Assembly (NCBI GenBank): GCA_964601825.1
Contig: CAZROS010000001.1
Span: forward strand, 1 to 25,758
DNA from: an uncultured archaeon
GTDB lineage: Archaea > Aenigmatarchaeota > Aenigmatarchaeia > Aenigmatarchaeales > JACQIB01
DNA length: 25,758 nt
Direction of reading: 5' to 3'
Shown here: positions 1 through 6,912 of the stretch, piece after piece
Position numbering within the stretch: the first letter of the stretch is position 1
How the letters are laid out: the number at the start of each line of letters is the position of its first letter
Notes under the pieces: generated by a model
What the model was told of the DNA's origin: nothing
Databases searched by the model: none
Seen by the model: only the letters and a program-made list of their open reading frames with translations
Made by a program: the position numbers and the translations under genes

Positions 1-299
1 AGAGTTTCCATAAGGAAAAAAATCACGCGCTTGTGCACGGCCTCGCCTTTTTTCACACCCCTTTTCATATCTATTGTTGCTGTGTAGAAATATTCTGTTT
101 CGCCCAGCCGCTCTAAAATTTTTAAATTCTTCACTCCGGTTTCTTCCTGAACTTCCCGCACAGCAGCCTGCTCTTCTGTTTCGCCTTTTTCAATCCAGCC
201 TTTTGGCAAAGCCCACTTGTCTGAGAAATCTTTTATCAGAAGGATTTTTTTCAATGCCGGATTATAGACAACTCCGCCGGCGGAAACTTCTTGTTGCAT
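1..299 (-). CDS. NUDIX hydrolase (Ap4A-hydrolase-like), 3' end runs off the window
   Basis: Not in the ORF track. Hand translation from ATG at 299: MQQEVSAGGVVYNPALKKILLIKDFSDKWALPKGWIEKGETEEQAAVREVQEETGV..., containing a complete Nudix box GX5EX7REUXEEXGU. TTTTATAAAA box at 321-330. Confidence 0.9.
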   Translation of the reverse strand, partial: MQQEVSAGGVVYNPALKKILLIKDFSDKWALPKGWIEKGETEEQAAVREVQEETGVKNLKILERLGETEYFYTATIDMKRGVKKGEAVHKRVIFFLMET

Positions 300-393
300 G
301 GGAAATTGTTGAAGTTGGTTTTTTATAAAACTATGTAAAGCTTGTTCTATCACGCCAATAAAGATATTTAAATCCCATATACAATATTTTTAT

Positions 394-621
394 ATGGCAC
401 CGGGTAAAAGAACGCTGTTTAAAACAGAAGTTAGAGCAATGGCACATTTACATGAAAACGGGGGGAGTGCTCCAGGTTTAGATGTTTACAGAGCATCTGG
501 TACTTCTGGACATCCTGGGCATTTTCTGGATTATATTATTGGAATGGGATATGTAGGAAAAAATGGGAACGACTTTAGACTTACTCCTGATGGAAGAAGG
601 GCTCTAAGAAAATATTCATAA
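394..621 (+). CDS. Small hypothetical protein, probable winged-helix fold
   Basis: 75-aa ORF with TTTAAAT at 367-373. The C-terminal pattern 'LDYIIGMGYVGKNGNDFRLTPDGRRAL' is typical of a wHTH wing. Confidence 0.6.
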   Translation: MAPGKRTLFKTEVRAMAHLHENGGSAPGLDVYRASGTSGHPGHFLDYIIGMGYVGKNGNDFRLTPDGRRALRKYS

Positions 622-626
622 CATTT

Positions 627-737
627 TCACTTAACTGCGCTCACAATTTCCACAACATCCCGATTCTTTAATTTCTGCTCGCCTGAAATTTTCATTTTGG
701 TTTTTACATTCACAGCATATAAAAGCTTAAACTTCAA
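627..737 (-). pseudogene. ychF: Orphan C-terminal TGS tail of an archaeal YchF/Obg-family GTPase
   Basis: Hand translation LKFKLLYAVNVKTKMKISGEQKLKNRDVVEIVSAVK* matches the remembered archaeal YchF C-terminus (LYAI[DN]ARTKRR[VL]GEDYELKxxDIIKIVS). An in-frame stop lies a few codons upstream. Confidence 0.65.
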
Positions 738-2874
738 TTTTTCGCACGCGGATTAAAAAAGAATTTTTCCGGGGTTTCCTGCTGTAAAAAATAAATGCTG
801 CCGCCAGAATTCCTATGAGAGTTATTAGAGAGCCAGCATAATTAACAATAATGGGCGAGAAACTTATTTTTACATTTTCTGTTTTCGGAAAAATCAGCAT
901 GAATGACGGGCTCGCATAATAAATTTTTTCTCCGCCAGCGGACTGCCAATTCGGGAAATATGAAACTGAAATTATATGAGGCTTGCCTGGGCAGTTTGTT
1001 GCGAAAGAAATCTCTTCCTGCAAAAACTTCTCATTTGAAATCGCGCAATTATTTTCAATAGGAATTTTTCTAATCTCGCTCAAATCAAAAATCTCTGCCG
1101 CAAATTTTTCCTTGTCAAAAGCAGAAATTTCTTCATCCATCACAACTGGAAATTCCAGCAGAGAGTTATTCATCCACCATTCAAGCGACTGGACTTTTCT
1201 TTCTTCCTTTGAAATTTTCATAAAATTTGGCTGAAATGCAGGAACAGAAATATAACTTCCTGAAATAGAATTCAATTTAAAAACTTTCCACTCTTTGAAG
1301 TCTCCGATTTTTTCCCATTCGCTGCTGTTGCCCAAATCAGACTGCAGCCGGTCGAAAGTTGCTACTAGATATTTCACATTCAGCATTTTCAAATGCTTTG
1401 TCCCATCAGAAAAATTATATCCAGTTGTATGCTCCTTCCCTCCGATTGTTGGAATGCCTGCGCAGTGGTGCGAGATTTCGCATTGAGTGTAGGAAATAAA
1501 AGGAGAAGTTATTGTTGCCTGCGCATAAACCCCTTCCAGAGTGTTTCTGCCGGAAAAATATGGCATGGACTCAAAAGCGCGCGGCGTGCCAAACCTGTTG
1601 TTGATATCAGCCAAATCCACATACCCGCGGCCGTCTGTTCCCTTGAGCAGCTGATTAATTGAATTAAAAGTCTGCCAGTCTGCTTTTTTCTCCCAACCCT
1701 CATAATTCCATTTTATCCAGCCGGGAATGTAGCTCACGCTTGCGTATGTTGCGTAAAAAATTATTGCGCAGACAGCGATTGCCGAAAGCTGAAATAAAAA
1801 TCTCCGCCTAAACAGCCGCGGCAAAATATCTCCCAAAGCTGCAGCAGAAAGCATTAGCAGGAAAAAATATGTAAGCGGAACAAACCGCACATTCACATTG
1901 AACAAAAGCTCTCCGTTGAAAAATGCGAAAATTGTTGCCAGCGCGCAGAAGCCCAAAAATAAAATTTTTCTGTCTTTGTTTGCAAAGCCGCGCGCGAGCG
2001 CGTACACGCCAAGCAAAACAAAAATTATCGCTTCCTTCGGATACCACGCCTCAAGATTTATTCCCCAATCTCTTCCATATTTTGTTGTGTATTCAATATT
2101 GCTCAGAAGCGGAATTAGCCAGAAAGCAAGCAAAGAAAGCGCAAGTCCGAAAACTAAAAACAGGAATTTGAAATTCCGGAGAATTTCTTTTTTCTCTTTG
2201 CGCATAACAAAGAAAATAGCTGACAAGCCGCCTATTATTGCAGTAACCAAATGTGAAAAGAAAGTGAGAAAGTAAAGCGCTGGCAGCCAAAGAGAAAACT
2301 TTTTCTCTTCTGCTTTTTTGAAAAGGAACCCCAAAAACAAAATCATGAATCCCATGCTCAGCGCATAAGAGAATTCTCCAGCCAGATTGCTGGGAATGTT
2401 CCCGCCGAAAACATTGTTTTTTTCCTGAAAAAGAAAAATCAGCGAGAGCGCGGAAGAAATTATTGGTGTTGGAAATTTGAAGCCGAGCCAGCGCATTGTG
2501 ATATATGCTGAAACTGGAATTAGAAAATTCGGCAGAGCTGTGATAAGCTTGAACGCAATTGTAAGTGGAATTCCGATGTAAGAAAGCAATGACATGAAAA
2601 TATACGCAAGCGGAAAAATAAATTGAAAAATAGGATAGCCTGCCCATCTGCCCTGCGACCAGCCGAAAACTTCCCCTTTTGGAATTAGTTCGGTTGCCAT
2701 GAATTTTGCAAGATAATTATCCGAGCCTGTGTCCCCACCGGTTGTTGCTGTATTCAGAAGCAGGAGCTCGGGCTTGTAATAGAAAATCAAAAATCCGAAA
2801 ATCAAAATGAAAATCAGAATGTCTATATGCAATTCTTTTATTTCAGCTTTTTTCGTGCGCCTCATGGTTTCCAT
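727..2874 (-). CDS. Multi-pass membrane protein, PTPS-related/YfhO-like, predicted GT-C glycosyltransferase
   Basis: 715 aa, many TM segments, N-terminal GGDTGS loop, 'GWSQGRWAGYPIFQF', 'SNLAGEFSY', large extracellular C-terminal domain ending in one TM. Confidence 0.7.
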   Translation of the reverse strand: METMRRTKKAEIKELHIDILIFILIFGFLIFYYKPELLLLNTATTGGDTGSDNYLAKFMATELIPKGEVFGWSQGRWAGYPIFQFIFPLAYIFMSLLSYIGIPLTIAFKLITALPNFLIPVSAYITMRWLGFKFPTPIISSALSLIFLFQEKNNVFGGNIPSNLAGEFSYALSMGFMILFLGFLFKKAEEKKFSLWLPALYFLTFFSHLVTAIIGGLSAIFFVMRKEKKEILRNFKFLFLVFGLALSLLAFWLIPLLSNIEYTTKYGRDWGINLEAWYPKEAIIFVLLGVYALARGFANKDRKILFLGFCALATIFAFFNGELLFNVNVRFVPLTYFFLLMLSAAALGDILPRLFRRRFLFQLSAIAVCAIIFYATYASVSYIPGWIKWNYEGWEKKADWQTFNSINQLLKGTDGRGYVDLADINNRFGTPRAFESMPYFSGRNTLEGVYAQATITSPFISYTQCEISHHCAGIPTIGGKEHTTGYNFSDGTKHLKMLNVKYLVATFDRLQSDLGNSSEWEKIGDFKEWKVFKLNSISGSYISVPAFQPNFMKISKEERKVQSLEWWMNNSLLEFPVVMDEEISAFDKEKFAAEIFDLSEIRKIPIENNCAISNEKFLQEEISFATNCPGKPHIISVSYFPNWQSAGGEKIYYASPSFMLIFPKTENVKISFSPIIVNYAGSLITLIGILAAAFIFYSRKPRKNSFLIRVRKIEV

Positions 2875-2913
2875 AAAATCTCCCTATTTAAATCTTTGAA
2901 ATAAATTGGATTT

Positions 2914-3471
2914 ATGAGAAAAGAATTCTGCTTTTTGGTAGGCAGGTTCCAGCCATTTCACTTTGGGCATCTGGCTTCTGTAAAAGCCGCAGCAAAGCTT
3001 TACAAAAAAGTTGGGGTAGGAATTTTTCACCCTTCTTTTGGAAAGCCAAACAGGAAAAAGATTTTCATGCCACATGCGTTTGAGCCTGCGCAAAATCCGT
3101 TTCCATTCCAAATTGTGAAAGAGATGATTAACAAATCTCTAAAAGCAGAAAAAATTAAAAATTATAAAATTTTTAAATTTTACCCGACTGGAGTTTACTC
3201 GGTTTCAAAGTTCAAGCGCAACCTTCCTTTCCCACTTAAGTCCACAGAATTTTTTATTTCCGGCAAAGATATTGACACCAAAATTATTTCGCGCATAAAG
3301 GAGATTGGAGGGACTTACAAAACACATAAAATTTTTCTGGGAAAAAATTTCATGAGCGGGACTGAAATCAGAAAAGACTTTTTTGCTGGCAGGAAAAGGT
3401 GGGAGAAGGCTGTGCCGGCGGTAGTTAGAAAAATTCTGGATAAAAATGCTGGGCTTGGTTTGAGCACTTGA
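2914..3471 (+). CDS. Cytidylyltransferase-like nucleotidyltransferase (NMN adenylyltransferase NadM-like)
   Basis: GRFQPFHFGH (HxGH), NPF motif and C-terminal SGTEIR motif. Confidence 0.8.
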   Translation: MRKEFCFLVGRFQPFHFGHLASVKAAAKLYKKVGVGIFHPSFGKPNRKKIFMPHAFEPAQNPFPFQIVKEMINKSLKAEKIKNYKIFKFYPTGVYSVSKFKRNLPFPLKSTEFFISGKDIDTKIISRIKEIGGTYKTHKIFLGKNFMSGTEIRKDFFAGRKRWEKAVPAVVRKILDKNAGLGLST

Positions 3472-3519
3472 GTTTTGCCATAAAAATTGATTTATAAGTT
3501 TTTCGCCTATACAACTTTT

Positions 3520-3810
3520 ATGGCCCCCCCTCCAGCTCATGACCCAGATAGCATTTCAGTTGAACTTCTATTTGAGCTTTCTGGACATTACATAATGCCA
3601 GGCAAAGAGGAGGAATATAGAAATTGCCTAAAGTTGGCATCGGGTGCGATAGATTTCGCAAAGAGAGGAAAGCTTGGCATGGCTGGTCTGGCTGTGTCCA
3701 CAGCCATGAAAAAATATCCGCAGTGTGCGAACAATGGAGGAGACCCGCTTTTTTATGGCTTGCTGAAATATGTGGAGCGCGAAATCACAGCCCAAGAAAA
3801 CCAAAAATAA
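3520..3810 (+). CDS. Hypothetical protein (96 aa)
   Basis: ATG at 3520 is preferred over the track start 3487 because TTTATAAG at 3491-3498 lies about 28 nt upstream. Confidence 0.55.
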   Translation: MAPPPAHDPDSISVELLFELSGHYIMPGKEEEYRNCLKLASGAIDFAKRGKLGMAGLAVSTAMKKYPQCANNGGDPLFYGLLKYVEREITAQENQK

Positions 3811-3843
3811 TTCTTTTATAAATTTTCATTTCCAAGATTTTCC

Positions 3844-5172
3844 ATGCTAGAAAAACTCGGAGCCGGCCTGCGCGCAGCTTTGGATAAAATAACCCGCGCT
3901 GGCTATGTTGACTCAAACACAGTCGGCGAGCTTGTGAAAGATATTCAAAGAACTTTGCTTGCCGGAGATGTTGATGTAAAATTAGTTTCCGAGCTTTCCC
4001 AGAGAATTAAAAAGCGGGCGCTTGATGAAAAGCCTCCTGCAGGAATGAGCGCGCGCGAGCATATAGTTAGAATTGTTTACGAGGAGCTTGTTCAATTTTT
4101 AGGAAAAAAACCTGAAATAAAAATTGGCCAGCAGAAAATTTTGCTGTGCGGTTTGTTTGGAAATGGAAAAACAACAACAGCAGCAAAGCTCGCGAAATTT
4201 TTCCAGAAAAAAGGTTTGAAAGTTGGATTGATAGCCTGTGATGTTGTGCGGCCTGCTGCCTATGAGCAACTGCAGCAGCTCTCGGAGCAACTGCATGCGG
4301 ATTTTTTTGGAATTCAAAACGAAAAAGATTCATCGAAAGTTTTGAGCGAAGGCTTGAGAGTTTTGAAATCAGATGTGATAATAATTGATTCTTCCGGAAG
4401 AGATGCTCTGAATTCTGAAATGATTTCTGAAATAAAATCCCTAAATAAAATTGCAAATCCAGAAGAGCGTTTGCTTGTGATTTCCGCAGATGTTGGCCAA
4501 GCAGCAAAAGTGCAGGCCGAAAAATTTCACGAGGCAGTTGGAATTACTGGAGTAATAATTACAAAAATGGATGCAACTGCAAAAGGCGGCGGCGCGCTAA
4601 CTGCTTGTTCTGTGACGCGCGCGCCTGTGAAATTTATAACAGTCGGGGAAAAAATTGATGCTCTGGAAATTTTTGATCCAGAGAGATTTATTTCGCGTTT
4701 AATTGGCTTCGGAGATTTGCAATCGCTTTTGGAAAAAGCGCGCGAAGCAATTCCAGAAAAGAAAGCAGAAGCGCTTGCGGAGAAAATGCTTGAGGGAAAA
4801 TTTTCAATGGATGATTTTCTTGAGCAGATTGAGACAATGGGAAAAATGGGCGGGCTCAGCTCAATAATGAGCCAGATTCCGGGAATGGGCGGAATGAAAC
4901 TTCCGAAGGAATTTGATGTTGCAAAGCAGGAGGGAAAAATGAAAAAATGGAAATTTGCAATTCAATCTATGACTGTTGCTGAAAGAGCGGACCCGACAAT
5001 TGTTGACTCAAAAAGAATTTCAAGAATTTCAAAAGGCTCTGGTGTTTCTGAGGCAGAGGTGCGCGAGCTTTTGAAAAATTACGAGCAAGCCAGAAAAATG
5101 ATGAAAATGATGGGCGGCGGAGGAATGAAGAGAGGTCCGCTGGGAAGATTGGCGAGGAAATTCAAGATGTGA
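3844..5172 (+). CDS. srp54: Signal recognition particle protein SRP54
   Basis: NG domain (G..GNGKTTT, DSSGR, TKMD, GGGAL) followed by the Met-rich M domain (RISRISKGSG). Confidence 0.97.
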   Translation: MLEKLGAGLRAALDKITRAGYVDSNTVGELVKDIQRTLLAGDVDVKLVSELSQRIKKRALDEKPPAGMSAREHIVRIVYEELVQFLGKKPEIKIGQQKILLCGLFGNGKTTTAAKLAKFFQKKGLKVGLIACDVVRPAAYEQLQQLSEQLHADFFGIQNEKDSSKVLSEGLRVLKSDVIIIDSSGRDALNSEMISEIKSLNKIANPEERLLVISADVGQAAKVQAEKFHEAVGITGVIITKMDATAKGGGALTACSVTRAPVKFITVGEKIDALEIFDPERFISRLIGFGDLQSLLEKAREAIPEKKAEALAEKMLEGKFSMDDFLEQIETMGKMGGLSSIMSQIPGMGGMKLPKEFDVAKQEGKMKKWKFAIQSMTVAERADPTIVDSKRISRISKGSGVSEAEVRELLKNYEQARKMMKMMGGGGMKRGPLGRLARKFKM

Positions 5173-5191
5173 GATGGAGGTATAGATAATT

Positions 5192-5857
5192 ATGAGAAAT
5201 ATAATGTTCACAACTACTACTGAAAATCTGCGCACCATAATTGCAGGAATGGAACCAACAGAAGATGATTCTATATTGGCTATTGCAGGTTCGGGCGATC
5301 AGGCATTTGCGCTTTTAGAATATGCTGGAAAGGTAACGGCAGTAGATATAAATAGTGATCAAATGTGGTATGTGAGGAAGAGAATAGATGCTCTAAAAAA
5401 AGGGCATTACAGAGAATTTCTGGAATCCCCAATTAATGATGTGACAGAGTTTCTAGAAAGAAGTTCAAGAAATATATATTTCAGAGGTTTTTTCAGAACA
5501 AATAGAAGACTGGAGCGCATAAGAAAAAGATTGGATAGATTGGAAATTGTGGAAGGTGATATTTTTCAAATTATTAAAAAACAGAAAGGCAATTTTAACA
5601 AAGTATATTTTAGTAATTTGGGAGATTGGGTGGCTAGAGAACAGTTATATGAATCTGATGGATTAGACCATTTGCCGAATGGCTGCCTTGTTTATTGTTC
5701 ATCGGGCCCTCCTGTAGAAAGCGATCATTTAGTTGTAGACGAAAGACTAACATCACAATCAAGAAGGTTCGGCAAGTATTGGAGACCAACAGTTTACAGA
5801 AAAGTCTCACCGCCGATTCAATTTTCTCCTGTCGCACCAGTCAGATATGTTGCATAA
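5192..5857 (+). CDS. Class I SAM-dependent transferase, DUF3419/BtaA-like
   Basis: 'ILAIAGSGDQAFALL...VTAVDINSDQ' resembles the DUF3419/BtaA SAM-binding motif. Arg codons are AGA-rich, unlike neighbouring core genes. Confidence 0.55.
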   Translation: MRNIMFTTTTENLRTIIAGMEPTEDDSILAIAGSGDQAFALLEYAGKVTAVDINSDQMWYVRKRIDALKKGHYREFLESPINDVTEFLERSSRNIYFRGFFRTNRRLERIRKRLDRLEIVEGDIFQIIKKQKGNFNKVYFSNLGDWVAREQLYESDGLDHLPNGCLVYCSSGPPVESDHLVVDERLTSQSRRFGKYWRPTVYRKVSPPIQFSPVAPVRYVA

Positions 5858-5895
5858 CTAAGCGCCTTTTTAATTTGCTCGGTTAATATTTTTTC

Positions 5896-6038
5896 ATGGC
5901 AAAGCTTTCCATATTTCTTGACGAAAGCGGAGACCTTGGAAAGCGCGGCTCAAAATATTTTTAATTGAAAAGAAAATTTCAAAAATAATAAATCTATGGG
6001 AGAACAAAAACAATCAGACGGACCCCACAGGCGCTTGA
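5896..6038 (+). pseudogene. DUF3800 gene remnant with large internal deletion
   Basis: 5896-5964 encodes MAKLSIFLDESGDLGKRGSKYF*, the (I/L)DESGxLG N-terminal signature of DUF3800. A shifted frame continues LIEKKISKIINLWENK..., resembling a C-terminal tail. Confidence 0.7.
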
Positions 6039-6082
6039 AGTGCACCTCAAGGTACACGACACCCATAGGACTTACCCGTCTG
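6015..6082 (-). ncRNA. Putative structured RNA, candidate DUF3800-associated motif
   Basis: Minus strand: closing stem CAGACGGGU/GUCCGUCUG (6074-6082 with 6015-6023), inner hairpin CUUGAGG-UGCA-CUUCAAG (6034-6051), TTTAAATA at 6109-6102 upstream and a U-rich tract downstream. Confidence 0.5.
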
Positions 6083-6156
6083 TTAAGATATGATACTTTG
6101 TTATTTAAAAAGGCATAAAATTAAATCTTTATAATCTTCTCGTATAATTTTCTCCC

Positions 6157-6804
6157 ATGCGCACCTTTATTCTCTACAGCCACGCCCGCACTGATTCAAA
6201 CTGGAATATAGAAGACATGCCTAGCTCTGGTGGAAGAATGGATTTAGTGACAAGATGCGTTTCCGCAAGCCTCTGGCTTTCTTACACAATTCGGCGCGAT
6301 GCGGAGTTTATTGTTATTTTGAACGGCGCCCCTCGGCCGCCGATTGCAATAAAATTTTCCGGAGAAAAATTAAAAAATGTTTCTCCAGATGAGCGTTCTG
6401 TTGGGCTGTGGCTGAAAAAAGTTTTGGCGCAAGAAATTCCAAAAGACTGGCTGGAAGTTTTTCCGGGAATTTTCGCAGCCCAAAAATCTTTTCAGGGAAT
6501 TGTGAAAGAATACTCAAATGAACGCCCACGTTCAATCACGGGAAGAGCTTCAAATAAAGTTTTTGTTCTGCACGAAAAAGGCGAGCCAATTCAAGAGCAG
6601 AAATTTTCTGCGAGCGGCAATTTAGTTTTTGTGCTTGGAGACAATGTTGGCATCCCAGCAAAGGATGAAAAGTTTGCTTTGCGCTCAGCAGAAAAAATTT
6701 CGCTTGGGAAAACTTCATATGTCGCGAGTGCGTGCGTTTCTGTTGTGAACTGGATTTTAGACGGCTCGGCGCAAGGTAAACCTGTACGCCCCGCTAAATT
6801 GTGA
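6157..6804 (+). CDS. trmY: tRNA (pseudouridine54-N1)-methyltransferase, SPOUT
   Basis: GGRMDLVTRCV, LSYTIRRD, SPDERS, VFVLGDNVG, ISLGKTSYVASAC motifs. Confidence 0.93.
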   Translation: MRTFILYSHARTDSNWNIEDMPSSGGRMDLVTRCVSASLWLSYTIRRDAEFIVILNGAPRPPIAIKFSGEKLKNVSPDERSVGLWLKKVLAQEIPKDWLEVFPGIFAAQKSFQGIVKEYSNERPRSITGRASNKVFVLHEKGEPIQEQKFSASGNLVFVLGDNVGIPAKDEKFALRSAEKISLGKTSYVASACVSVVNWILDGSAQGKPVRPAKL

Positions 6805-6874
6805 AAAAATAAATTGCAATAATTTTTACACATTAGCTAAGCGAGCGCTCATGGGTTTACCCTGAGCGCGAGCC
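6763..6874. repeat. REP/MITE-like palindromic element with imperfect terminal inverted repeats
   Basis: GGCTCGGCGCAAGGTAAACC (6763-6782) versus reverse complement of 6854-6874, GGCTCGCGCTCAGGGTAAACC (18/21, one gap). Hairpin GCGCTCA-T-GGG-TTTA-CCC-TGAGCGC at 6845-6869. Confidence 0.45.
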
Positions 6875-6885
6875 ATTGAAATCTA

Positions 6886-6891
6886 TTTAAA
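6886..6891 (+). promoter_or_regulatory. TATA box for pus10, leaderless-type spacing
   Basis: TTTAAA 27 nt before ATG 6913. The same spacing recurs at 367/394 and 11839/11811. Confidence 0.55.
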
Positions 6892-6912
6892 CGCTCTCCA
6901 AGAATTTAGTTT

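Noticed and set aside
74-328. 84-aa plus-strand ORF from the track
   Set aside because: Antisense shadow of the NUDIX gene. The many other short track ORFs overlapping real genes were rejected for the same reason.
6015-6082. Structured element as SRP RNA, tRNA or H/ACA guide RNA
   Set aside because: Too short for SRP RNA with no helix-8 motif, no cloverleaf or T-loop, and no 3' ACA box or evident K-turn.
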